Below the pieces are notes generated by a model. It was not told the origin of the DNA. It did not search any database and saw only the letters and a list, made by a program, of their open reading frames with translations. Of a DNA stretch of 64,000 nucleotides, positions 47,998 to 57,791 are shown one piece after another. Made by a program: the position numbers and the translations under genes. Source of the DNA: Candidatus Freyarchaeum deiterrae (lineage in GTDB: Archaea; Asgardarchaeota; Jordiarchaeia; Jordiarchaeales; Jordiarchaeaceae); contig CP147778.1 in the NCBI GenBank assembly GCA_037305845.1, forward strand, positions 2,592,001 through 2,656,000, in the 5' to 3' direction. Within the stretch, counting starts at the first letter, position 1. The number at the start of each line of letters is the position of its first letter.

Positions 47998-49476
47998 CTA
48001 AGGAATCGAGAGTCTTCCAGGATGCATGATGTAGTTTGGATCCCATATCGCCCTTATCTGCTTGAGAATCCTATGATAGGTCTCTGCTTTGGCATACATC
48101 AGTGGGGCGTGCACGTATGGGTCTGGCCTGTACTCCACCCAACCCTTCTCAAGGAATATCTCAGTGGTTTCACGGTTTAACTTTTGGACTTCTTCCATGC
48201 TTTCTGGTTTAGTGGCATCGTAGCATATTATTGGCATGCATATGGCTTCCCGGGCATGATCTATGCTCGCCACCCACATGACTGGTGGGAATCCATGTTC
48301 AACCATTTTCTCGTTGTAGATTTCGGAGAACTCAGCGCAGTCCTTCCAGGGCGTGTACCAAGTGATGAACAGAAACCCTGCATTCCAGAGCGAGTATGGA
48401 ATAGCGATCTTGTTAGGCTTCTTTAGCCTGCTTGCTATCTGCTTGGGGTGAAGCATCTGTTGCGGTAGCTTATGGCCAGTTTTAACCTCATAATCCTTCA
48501 TAATTTCATCAATTCTCTTAGTTACAAAGTCCAACTCCTCTTGAGTGTACGCCCAAACCTCAAAGTTCATCCACCACTCAGAAATACCCATCTTCTTATA
48601 GGCTTCATAGTCAGTAGGAACCTTATCCTGTGGCCATCTTGCCATAACCAGAGGCCAGTTTCCTCCCTGAACCATAACACAGTGATCTGATATACCCATT
48701 TCGTACTTGGATACTTCGAGTGTTGCGTCCTGCATATCGTATGGGTTGTCCATTCCGTAGGCCACTACTGTTTTGAAGTGTGGATGAGGAACGATTTTAA
48801 CAGCGGCTTTGGTGATGACTCCCATTGTTCCCTGAGCACCTAAGAACAAGCCGCCAATGTCTGGTCCGGGACCCCACTTGTAGAACGGTTTCGCTCCGGG
48901 TAAGGCCCAGCTTCCGGTATAAATCACGTCACCCGAAGGTACTACAATTTCTGCACTCATTACCATGTCTGCCTGGGGGCCGTATCTGCCGGTCACCATG
49001 CTGAATCCTCTTTCTAGTGCGTCACCTAACACCGTTGCTGCTGGTGGTGCGCCGTCAGGCACTGGTGGTGCCCATTCCGGGTAGTTTTTTCTGAAGTAGG
49101 CCCATATTGTTCCGCTTCGCACTCCGGGTTCGACCACCATGTATCTGCAGTCTGTGTCAACCTCTATGATTCGATCCATTCTTGACATGTCGAGCAGTAT
49201 CCCGCTGGGGGATATAAGTGGTGAAGCGAATCCTCCGCTTAGCCCTCCGGCTACTGGGGTTACCGGGTTTTTGTTTTCGTTGGCTAGCATGAGTACTTGT
49301 CGGACTTCTTCCACATTCTTCGGGCGTACTATTACTTCCGCCGGTGTGGATTCTAGGCCCATAATTCCCTTCGAAACATAAGCGTAGCGCATTGGAACGC
49401 TGTCATTGACATATTCTTTTCCGACAATGTTTCCTAATGCTTCAACTATTTCCTTCGTTACTGGATTATAACTCAT
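47998..49476 (-). CDS. FAD-binding oxidoreductase (GlcD/VAO family)
   Basis: VRP..VEEV, DMSRMDRIIEVD, VEPGV, GAQGTMGVITK, DPNYIMHPG. Confidence 0.9.
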   Translation of the reverse strand: MSYNPVTKEIVEALGNIVGKEYVNDSVPMRYAYVSKGIMGLESTPAEVIVRPKNVEEVRQVLMLANENKNPVTPVAGGLSGGFASPLISPSGILLDMSRMDRIIEVDTDCRYMVVEPGVRSGTIWAYFRKNYPEWAPPVPDGAPPAATVLGDALERGFSMVTGRYGPQADMVMSAEIVVPSGDVIYTGSWALPGAKPFYKWGPGPDIGGLFLGAQGTMGVITKAAVKIVPHPHFKTVVAYGMDNPYDMQDATLEVSKYEMGISDHCVMVQGGNWPLVMARWPQDKVPTDYEAYKKMGISEWWMNFEVWAYTQEELDFVTKRIDEIMKDYEVKTGHKLPQQMLHPKQIASRLKKPNKIAIPYSLWNAGFLFITWYTPWKDCAEFSEIYNEKMVEHGFPPVMWVASIDHAREAICMPIICYDATKPESMEEVQKLNRETTEIFLEKGWVEYRPDPYVHAPLMYAKAETYHRILKQIRAIWDPNYIMHPGRLSIP

Positions 49477-49870
49477 TTCATTTCCTCCACGCGTGTTTGT
49501 TGCTATGTGGGAAACGGGTTACGTTTTACTGACATTATTTATTAATATTTTGCCAACATTGCTACATTAGACATACTGTTGCTTCTGAAACTCGTTTAGT
49601 AATTTTTGAATTATGTTTTGTTCCTCTCTTATGGGGTGGGTTTCGTTTTACGCCATCGAAGTTTGGTGTAGTTAAAGACATTTTTATGTAATTTACTACA
49701 TCATGCTCCAAACGACAATAACTCTTAACGAATATAAAGTTTATCGCAAACCCACAGCCAAAATAATTGGCAATCAATTATTACAAAAGAAGCTCTCATA
49801 AAAGTACAGAGCCCTACGCTAAAAAATGCAAAGCAAATTCATTTTCAGTCATTTTATAGTCAACATATCT

Positions 49871-50194
49871 TCAAAGCACTCCTAGCCATTGCTCCTTTCC
49901 GTCCTCTGCGTAATGAACCGTAGACATTAATCTGTTCTCTTCTATCTGCTCATCTAGGTAGAGGCTTCTCAAAATTATTCTGTATGTTGTGCCACACTTG
50001 TTACACTTGATTTTGTAGGTCTTAATGTTCAGAATTTTGTTTCCGTCTTTTTCTGTCGTTTCCTGCCTATCTAGCAGTTCAAGTTCGTCTTCGTTTGGGT
50101 TACCGCATTTCATACATTCTCTAAGATTGAATCCCTCCATGCCTCGGTTCCCTACAGGAATATACGCTTTGCCAGGAAGATCTCCAACGCCCAT
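49871..50194 (-). CDS. zinc-ribbon protein
   Basis: CMKC...CNKC pairs. Confidence 0.65.
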   Translation of the reverse strand: MGVGDLPGKAYIPVGNRGMEGFNLRECMKCGNPNEDELELLDRQETTEKDGNKILNIKTYKIKCNKCGTTYRIILRSLYLDEQIEENRLMSTVHYAEDGKEQWLGVL

Positions 50195-50390
50195 CTACTA
50201 TTCCCTCTAAATTTGGTGATTAAGCTCTTTTTGAAACACTCCATTCCTAATACTTATAACTATCGAGAAATCTCCCCCCTAGTTTCTTATCGATTAATTT
50301 TTTAATGGAAATGAAAATATTTCTGTTAGAAAAGTTAAAATCGGGATAGTATTTACTAGTTAATCTAAAGCGGTTTATGAAGAGGTTGAT

Positions 50391-52904
50391 ATGCAGGCAA
50401 TAATATTGGCTGGAGGAGCCGGAACTCGGTTAAGGCCTCTGACGGTTAATGTACCTAAGCCTCTGGTTCCGGTTGGCGATATTCCCATTATGGAGCACAT
50501 GATAAGACTTTTGAAGAGATATGGTATAAAGGACATAATTATATCGTTGGGATATATGAGTGAGAAGATTGAGCAGTATTTTGGTGATGGTTCAAGTCAC
50601 GGAGTTAAGCTACTTTATTCCTATGAGAAGACCCCTCTGGGGCCTGCGGGAGGAGTTAGACATGCTCGAGAACTTATTTCGGGCAGGTTTATCGTTGCCG
50701 CTTCGGATCTTTTGACCGATATTAACTTGTCTAATTTTGTGTCGGAGCACCAGAAAAGAGGGACTATAGCTTCGATAGCGTTAACTAGATCCGTTAGCCC
50801 TACCGCGTTCGGCATTGTTTTTTTGAATGATGACGGTTACATAACGCGTTTCCTTGAGAAACCAGCTTGGGGGGAGGTTTTCAGCGATATAATAAATGCG
50901 GGTATCTATGTTTTGGAGCCCGAGATTTTGGATATGATACCCGAGGGCGGAGAATATGATTTCAGCAAGGACCTTTTTCCAAAAATGGTTTCCGAGAATA
51001 AGGAATTGTTTGGATACACTATTAAAAATTATTGGCTGGATGTTGGGACTCCGCAAAAATATCTGGAAGCCAACTATGATGTTCTTAAGGGTTCGGTTAA
51101 AGTGGATTTACCTCATAAGAAGGTTAAGGATGGATTATGGATAGGGGAAGGGGCCAAGATTGATGATGATTGTGAAATTTATCCACCAGCAATAATTGGA
51201 GACTCCTGCCGTATAAGTAAGGGAGCGGTTATTGATCGTTTCAGTGTGATTGGTCCTGGCTGTTATGTGGGCGAGGGAGCTAGGATAAGTCGTTCCGTTG
51301 TTTGGGGTAATTCTTCTATACATAAATCTGCCTCGCTTCGTTCCTGTGTAATAGGTGCGAGGTGTGAGGTGGGTGAGAAGAGCAGTGTACTTGATGGAGC
51401 AATTATTGGTGATGACTGTATTCTGGGTCCAGAGAGTCTGGTGCAAGAAAACGTTCTTATCTGGCCTGATAAGGTGGTTCAGAAGAATGCTATCGTTAAC
51501 ATGAATATAATGTGGGGAGTGACCTGGAAGAAGAGCCTTTTTGGAGATTACGGCATCACTGGTGTTTCAAACTTGGAAATCACGCCGGAATTCGCTACCA
51601 AACTTGGGGCGGCGTTCGGAACTTACTTGGGGGAGGGTTCAAAAGTGATAATTGGCAGGGATACTTACCTGATATCCCGAATGATTAAGAGAGCTTTGAT
51701 AGCTGGGCTTCAGTCTGTGGGGGTGAATGTTTATAATGTTAGAGTGCTACCCACGCCTTTGATAGAGGAGGCTGTTAGAAGCTTTAAAGCTGAGGGTGGG
51801 GTATCACTAAGCGTTCCCCGCGAAAATGAGAACCTGATCAACATTAGAATGTTTGACTCCGAAGGAATAGATCTGAATGAGAGTCAGCAGAAAAAGGTGG
51901 AGGACATTTTCTTTAAAGAAGCCTTTAAGCGGAGCCAGCCTGTCGGTGTGGGTGACATACTTTATCCCACGCGTTTTGTAGAATCCTACCTAGAATATTC
52001 TCGGAACTTTCTGGACACAAAACTGTTATCCTCCTCCAAAAAGCGTGTCGTAATAGACTGTGCCGACGGAAGCAGCTCGATGATTGCACCCCCGTTCATC
52101 CGGGAACTGGGGTTCGAAGTTGTCACACTCAACGCGTTTCTTGGGGACTCTTTTCCCAAAAGATCTACTCCCTCCGCTCCCGATTCTCTCTTCACCCTCA
52201 AAAAGACGGTGAAAGCCCTAGATGCGGACCTAGGTGCAACCTTCGACAGTGATGCGGATAGAGTGTTATTTGTTGACGAGAAAGGTGAGGTGATGAGTGG
52301 GGACACCTCGGTGGCTCTTTTAGCCCAAGCGGCTTTAACCGAATATGGGAAAGATAATAAAATAGCTGTGCCAATCAGCACTAGCCAAATTGTGGATTTG
52401 ATAGTTTCCGAGTACGGAGGAACAATGATTCGAACCAAGCTGGGGTTAAGACCACTAGCGGAGGCTGTGATACGAAACAAGGCAATATTCGGAGGAGAGG
52501 AATCCGGAGGCTTCATCTTTCCAAGGTTACACCCCTTCCGTGACGGTGTAATAAGCATCGCTAAGCTTCTCGAATTTCTAGCAAGAACAAAACAAAACCT
52601 CTCAGAGATAACAAAAGAAATCCCAAGATTCTACACTATGAAAGAATCCATATCAACCCCCATACAACATAGAGGATTAATTATGCGAAGAATCCTCGAG
52701 GACGCAGAAGGAGAAACATTCGACACAATTGATGGAATAAAAATATACCTTGATAAGGGTTGGGTTCTAATCCGCCCCTCATCAGATGATCCTGTGTTCG
52801 ACATTTTCGCAGAGTCGCAAACTGAGCAAAAAGCCCAGGAACTTATCAAAACCTACAAGAAAGAAATACAAGAAATCCTATCAGAAACTGAAAAAGCCAT
52901 ATAA
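50391..52904 (+). CDS. mannose-1-phosphate guanylyltransferase / phosphomannomutase-like fusion
   Basis: LAGGAGTRLRPLT..PKPL NTP-transferase, hexapeptide repeats, PGM/PMM domains (DSDADR, GGEESGG). Confidence 0.92.
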   Translation: MQAIILAGGAGTRLRPLTVNVPKPLVPVGDIPIMEHMIRLLKRYGIKDIIISLGYMSEKIEQYFGDGSSHGVKLLYSYEKTPLGPAGGVRHARELISGRFIVAASDLLTDINLSNFVSEHQKRGTIASIALTRSVSPTAFGIVFLNDDGYITRFLEKPAWGEVFSDIINAGIYVLEPEILDMIPEGGEYDFSKDLFPKMVSENKELFGYTIKNYWLDVGTPQKYLEANYDVLKGSVKVDLPHKKVKDGLWIGEGAKIDDDCEIYPPAIIGDSCRISKGAVIDRFSVIGPGCYVGEGARISRSVVWGNSSIHKSASLRSCVIGARCEVGEKSSVLDGAIIGDDCILGPESLVQENVLIWPDKVVQKNAIVNMNIMWGVTWKKSLFGDYGITGVSNLEITPEFATKLGAAFGTYLGEGSKVIIGRDTYLISRMIKRALIAGLQSVGVNVYNVRVLPTPLIEEAVRSFKAEGGVSLSVPRENENLINIRMFDSEGIDLNESQQKKVEDIFFKEAFKRSQPVGVGDILYPTRFVESYLEYSRNFLDTKLLSSSKKRVVIDCADGSSSMIAPPFIRELGFEVVTLNAFLGDSFPKRSTPSAPDSLFTLKKTVKALDADLGATFDSDADRVLFVDEKGEVMSGDTSVALLAQAALTEYGKDNKIAVPISTSQIVDLIVSEYGGTMIRTKLGLRPLAEAVIRNKAIFGGEESGGFIFPRLHPFRDGVISIAKLLEFLARTKQNLSEITKEIPRFYTMKESISTPIQHRGLIMRRILEDAEGETFDTIDGIKIYLDKGWVLIRPSSDDPVFDIFAESQTEQKAQELIKTYKKEIQEILSETEKAI

Positions 52905-53092
52905 CATGAAAAATCGACCGCAAATAAGAAAGAGCAGAAAAGAAAAGTGTGAGAACACAGAACCAGGTGTTTAGACCTAAACTAAAAAACTACATTTTAA
53001 AATAATCAAAAATTGGAAACTTAACAAACTGTGTGGAGTGGTTTGTTTCTCAAGGTTTAGGGTAGAGTAAAGTAGAGTAAATCTAATTCCTT

Positions 53093-53650
53093 TTATTGAC
53101 TCTTTTTCTTGGGTTTTATTTGTGTTGTGAATGATTCTAGAACTATTGTGGATAGAATTTCGAAATAAGCTCCCGGGGGTTCAGGTGCACCCTTGACTCC
53201 TCTTCCCGTGTAACTTTGCTCCTTGGCTTTCTCTCTTCCCACAATCTTGATGGTCTCATCCGCAATTTTACCTAGGGACGAGTCTTCCCAAGATGTTATA
53301 GCAACAATATTTCCTTTAGATTCCTTGGTTGCTTTCGCCACAGCTAAAACTTCGCTTGTTTCACCACTACCAGAAACGGCGATAAGCAGATCTCCCTCTA
53401 CTATTGGAGGAACTAGGTCTACCATCTCGATGCTTATAAAGTAAATCTTGTAGCCCTTCTGGAGTAAACGCATTGCAAGCATCATACCCGCAAAAGAAGA
53501 CCTTCCCTTACCGGTAACAAAAATTCTGTTCGCATTTTTGATATACTCCTCAAGTCTTACGAAGTCATCAAAGTTGATTAACTTCATGTTTTCGTGCAAT
53601 TTTTCGAAAGTGCTGTTTATCGCCTCTATAAGACCATCATTTTTTCCCAT
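53093..53650 (-). CDS. SIS-domain protein, 6-phospho-3-hexuloisomerase-like
   Basis: FVTGKGRS, AMRL, AVSGSGET, P.GAYFE. Confidence 0.85.
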   Translation of the reverse strand: MGKNDGLIEAINSTFEKLHENMKLINFDDFVRLEEYIKNANRIFVTGKGRSSFAGMMLAMRLLQKGYKIYFISIEMVDLVPPIVEGDLLIAVSGSGETSEVLAVAKATKESKGNIVAITSWEDSSLGKIADETIKIVGREKAKEQSYTGRGVKGAPEPPGAYFEILSTIVLESFTTQIKPKKKSQ

Positions 53651-53899
53651 TCTTGTAACCTCCTAAAAGTCCATGGACTTCCAATACCTTTCCTTTTATA
53701 TAACATAAGAATTATTTAATTCCCTTCTAACATACTCTATTAAACTTTTTCATTTTTCCAATCCCAGTTGCCCTTAAAAAAGAATTAACCGAAATCATAA
53801 TAATAATTAAAAAACCCAACACTCACAACGTTTTATACTTTTCTTAAGAATTTAAATTTAAATAAGATAAACTGGTATTCCAAGTGGATATTGACAATT

Positions 53900-54328
53900 C
53901 TACAACGCTTTCTCCATTTTTTTAAACGCGTCATCAAGTTTGGATTTTTTATCCTTATCTTTTTCCTTCACGAGTTTTTCAAGAGTGTAGAACTCTGATA
54001 GGGCGGGAAGCCGGCCCCTGAGGTTTATTGCTGCGAGCCGTGATATGTGAGAGTCTTCCATGATAACTATGACTCCAGTTTTATCTGTGACCTTCAAGAG
54101 GAAGGAGATGCTGTTGTTTATGCTGTCTCCTATATGCATTCCTGATAAAGGGAACTTTTCGTAATAGTCAAGAAACTCCTTTGAAACATTTCCCTTTTCA
54201 CCCCAAACCCTGTGTTCTATGTCAACTATAGCTACTGCTAATGGTTTCCTGCTACCAGTGTTCAGCTCAACAAGCTCAATTAGCCTTTCTGTGTTGATTT
54301 CTCCACTCAAGGATTTAACCTCACACAT
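53900..54328 (-). CDS. small alpha/beta protein, tandem paralog 1 (possible Roadblock/profilin-like fold)
   Basis: Shares AxAIVD..VWGxKG and KVTxKTG...NLRxRL with the two upstream copies. Confidence 0.7.
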   Translation of the reverse strand: MCEVKSLSGEINTERLIELVELNTGSRKPLAVAIVDIEHRVWGEKGNVSKEFLDYYEKFPLSGMHIGDSINNSISFLLKVTDKTGVIVIMEDSHISRLAAINLRGRLPALSEFYTLEKLVKEKDKDKKSKLDDAFKKMEKAL

Positions 54329-54334
54329 GTCGTT

Positions 54335-54364
54335 AATGTAAATATGTATTTACATTTTATATAT
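54335..54364 (-). promoter_or_regulatory. TATA-like box with adjacent perfect inverted repeat (possible operator)
   Basis: AATGTAAATA-tg-TATTTACATT at 54335-54356 lies between the start codon and TTATATAT (54357-54364); similar TATA-like boxes precede paralogs 2 and 3. Confidence 0.5.
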
Positions 54365-54531
54365 GTTTGTTTGATGACAAATTGTATGGACATAAAAAAA
54401 ATAAATAAATTTTGGCTTAATTTATTTGGATTATTCATCATTCAGGAAGCCGAGTATAAACACACGGGTGAATGGTGTTATAATTGAAGAAGGTTTTTGT
54501 GACTAGGCCAATCCCTTCAGGGTAGGGTAGT

Positions 54532-54900
54532 TCACTTGATGAATTTCTCGAGAGTGTAGAACTCTGATAGGGCGGGAAGCCGGCCCCTGAGATTTACTTC
54601 GGCGAGCCTAGATATCCGTGGATCCCCCAAAATAACTAAGGCTCCCGTTTTCTCAGTGACTTTCATGAGGAAGGAGCCACTGTTGTTAATGCTTTCCCCT
54701 ACATTCATCTCTGATAGAGGAAATCTCTTGTAGTATTTGAAAAACTCCTTTGAAACATTTCCCTTTTTACCCCAAACGTTGTAGTTTAAGTCAACTATGG
54801 CCAACGCTATGGGCTTCCATTTACCAACGTTGAGCTCAACGAGATCAATAAGCCTATTTACAACAGTTTCTTCACTCAAGGAAAATCCTCTCTCTCTCAA
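54532..54900 (-). CDS. tandem paralog 2 (C-terminally shortened)
   Basis: Homologous to both neighbours; ends EKFIK*. Confidence 0.7.
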   Translation of the reverse strand: MRERGFSLSEETVVNRLIDLVELNVGKWKPIALAIVDLNYNVWGKKGNVSKEFFKYYKRFPLSEMNVGESINNSGSFLMKVTEKTGALVILGDPRISRLAEVNLRGRLPALSEFYTLEKFIK

Positions 54901-55131
54901 AATTAATTAATCTAAGTAAAATGCTGACATGTTATATATCTATTTTACGGTGATAAATTACAAAAGGATAGCATTAGCGTGAAAATTTCCAAGTAAGTTA
55001 TTCGTCGGTTAACAAAAGTCACAACTAAACGCGCCAAAAAATAATCAGAAACTACTAAAATTTTTATAATCTACAATCTCGTCATTGCAATTCTGAGAAG
55101 GCTCATCCATTCAAACGCCTATTATGATTGT

Positions 55132-55536
55132 CTACCACATTGTCTTCTCATTTTTTCGCGCATTGCCCAATGTGGTTTCTTTCTCCTTTTGCTTGACGAA
55201 TTTTTCGATATTGTGGAACTGTGATAGCGCGTTGAGCCGGCTTCTAAGGTTTATTGTGGAGAGCCTTGATATGGTTGGGTTTCCCATAATAACTATGACT
55301 CCGGTTTTATCTGTGACCTTCATCAGGAAGGAGTTGCTGTTGTTAATACTGTCTCCAACATGCAAGCCTGATAGAGGGAAAGTCTTGTAGCAGTTGAGAA
55401 ACTCCTCCGGAACGCTTCCCTTCTCACCCCAAACCTTGTAGTTTACGTCAACTATTGCTACCGCTACAGGCTTCCAATTACCAACGTTCCGCTCAACGAG
55501 CTCAATCAGCTGGTCCACATTAATTTCCTCGACCAA
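55132..55536 (-). CDS. tandem paralog 3
   Basis: Homologous to neighbours; GAGGGTG RBS. Confidence 0.7.
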   Translation of the reverse strand: MVEEINVDQLIELVERNVGNWKPVAVAIVDVNYKVWGEKGSVPEEFLNCYKTFPLSGLHVGDSINNSNSFLMKVTDKTGVIVIMGNPTISRLSTINLRSRLNALSQFHNIEKFVKQKEKETTLGNARKNEKTMW

Positions 55537-55616
55537 GTGAACACCCTCTTCTCATAATAATGTGAATAAAATATTATAAGCTATATATGTCTTTTATGGT
55601 AATAAATTATAAGGGC

Positions 55617-56088
55617 AATGAAAAATTAGGTAGATTTTAGCCTTAAAAGAACTATTCCGAGAAATAATGATCCCTGAAGGAGTCCATAGAGAGGTAGTAA
55701 TCGAAGGCTGGGGTCTTCCGGGTTCCTTGGAGACTTCGGAAGCGATAAGAACAGATTTAATAAAAGTTGTTCAGGTCATGGATAAGGAAAAAGCTAGAGA
55801 GATAATGGAAGAGTATAAGTGAGTTTAAGTAATGCTGAGGTAATTCAACTGGCTAAGGAAATAAATGCTACAATTGTTTTGGCAAACGAAGAGGAAATAA
55901 GAGAGGCAGCTGAATCTTCTGGATTTAAAGTAAGAGGTTGTTTGGGTGTATTAATTGAGGCGGTAAAAAATAAAATTATATCTCCTCGGCAAGCAATACA
56001 AGATATTGATAATTTAGTAAAGTCTGGTTATCGAATAAGTGATGACATAATTAATAACATAAAGGAGAATTTGCGGAGGCTGAAATAA
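55617..56088 (+). pseudogene. DUF3368-type PIN toxin pseudogene (decayed 5' end, frameshift near 55818)
   Basis: KELFREIMIPEGVHREVVIEG...EEYK* continues in another frame as SLSNAEVIQLA...GCLGVLIEA...GYRIS. Confidence 0.7.
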
Positions 56089-56306
56089 TGAATGTTACTC
56101 CGGCGATTCCAGAGAGAATACGAGAGAAGTTCTTAAAAGAGATATTAGAAATGTACGCTCAAGGCGAGCTGTCGGCAAGTAGAGCATCACAAATGCTAGG
56201 AGTGCCCAGAGCTGCTTTCTATAAGATTCTAGCTGAAACAAACACCCCTTTACCGAAGAAACTGAATGAGAGCATCAAAAGGGAACTCAAAGAGTTACTA
56301 AAGTGA
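56088..56306 (+). CDS. UPF0175-family antitoxin
   Basis: MYAQGELSASRASQMLGVPRAAF; TAATG coupling to the PIN gene. Confidence 0.75.
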   Translation: MNVTPAIPERIREKFLKEILEMYAQGELSASRASQMLGVPRAAFYKILAETNTPLPKKLNESIKRELKELLK

Positions 56307-56628
56307 AAGAAACAAAGCCTTGAGAGATAGAATTCCTCCCTGTCTCGCTAATTCCCACGTTTTAGAATACAGAAAAATTCAAGCTGAAATGAAAGCTGCT
56401 TATGAATTCTTTTGTTCATTTTATAAGATTAATAGGCCAAGAGGCTAGGTTTCTGAAAGGATTGTGCTATTCTTGAAACCTTGCTAAAATATTCAACCCA
56501 GATTTTCAACCAGTCATACTATTATAAAAAAGGTTAATAAACTGGAAGTTTCACTAAGTTAGAAAACACAAGATCAAAATATCGGGATTAGAAATTAAGG
56601 AAACCAAAAGCTGAAAGGAGGGGCTTAA

Positions 56629-57621
56629 TTGAAAAAAGTTCTTGTGTCTCGGATGCTCCCCGAAATGGCGTTCCAGATTCTGGGCCAGACTGCGAATGTT
56701 GAAGCAGATTTTAGGTACATGCCTGATAATAAGGCGGAATTACTGAAAGAATTGAGAGACACGAATGGACTCTTAGTGTTGCCACAGAGTGTAATCGATT
56801 CTGAGATTCTTAACGCCGCTAAGAAGCTTGAGGTAATATCACTTATTGGAGTAGGTTATGAAAACATTAATTTGGAGGAGGCGTCGAGGAAAAAAATTCC
56901 CGTGGCTTACACTCCAGTTTCCGCGAAATGCGTGGCAGAACATACCTTCGCTCTGATTCTGGCAGTATCTCGAGGCATTGTTTTGGCAGACGGTTATGTT
57001 AGGTCAGGAGAATGGAAGGAGCTGGTTCCAATGGTTGAGCCGGGCACCGATCTTTCCGGAAAAACTCTCGGCATAGTTGGGCTGGGAAGAATTGGAAGCG
57101 AAGTGGCTAAGAGAGCCAAGTGCTTCGAAATGAACGTGGTTTACTATGATGTCGAGCGTAACAAAGACAAAGAAAAGGAGTTAAACGCAAAATTCGTTTC
57201 CCTAGATGAGCTGTTGTCCTCATCGGATTTTGTAACACTGCATACCCTCTTAACTTCTCAAAACAAACACATGATAGGTGAAGAGGAATTTAAAAAAATG
57301 AAGCCCTCAGCATATATCATAAACGCTTCCCGGGGACAAATCATAGATCAGAACGCTCTATACGAAGCCCTAATCCAAGGGAAGATTAAAGGCGCTGCAC
57401 TGGACGTTTATGAAAAAGAACCGGTACCCGCTGATGACCCTCTTCTAAAACTGAAAAATGTGGTCTTCACACCCCACATAGCAGCCAACACTGTAGAAAT
57501 TAGAATTAGTATGTTTCTTGCGGCTGTTCAGAACCTAGGGCAAGCATTGAGCGGAGAAAACCCAAAGTATCTAGTAAATCCTGAGGTGCTACCGAGCAAA
57601 AAATCATCGAAACCGAAGTAA
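56629..57621 (+). CDS. D-2-hydroxyacid dehydrogenase (glyoxylate reductase-like)
   Basis: GVGYENI, VAEH, GLGRIG, INASRG, LDVYEKEP, TPHIA. Confidence 0.93.
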   Translation: MKKVLVSRMLPEMAFQILGQTANVEADFRYMPDNKAELLKELRDTNGLLVLPQSVIDSEILNAAKKLEVISLIGVGYENINLEEASRKKIPVAYTPVSAKCVAEHTFALILAVSRGIVLADGYVRSGEWKELVPMVEPGTDLSGKTLGIVGLGRIGSEVAKRAKCFEMNVVYYDVERNKDKEKELNAKFVSLDELLSSSDFVTLHTLLTSQNKHMIGEEEFKKMKPSAYIINASRGQIIDQNALYEALIQGKIKGAALDVYEKEPVPADDPLLKLKNVVFTPHIAANTVEIRISMFLAAVQNLGQALSGENPKYLVNPEVLPSKKSSKPK

Positions 57622-57791
57622 ATCATGTTTGCCAATAAACTTTTTAACAGCCTGTCAGGCCGAATCACTTTTTTAGAAAATGGCAAAATTTTTATGAATA
57701 TCCATCCTTCTGAAAGGAGAGAAATATTTTGCATTTCTAAACAAAAATATGATGCATACAAATTATTGGATTATTTTTAGAGGTGGTGTGA

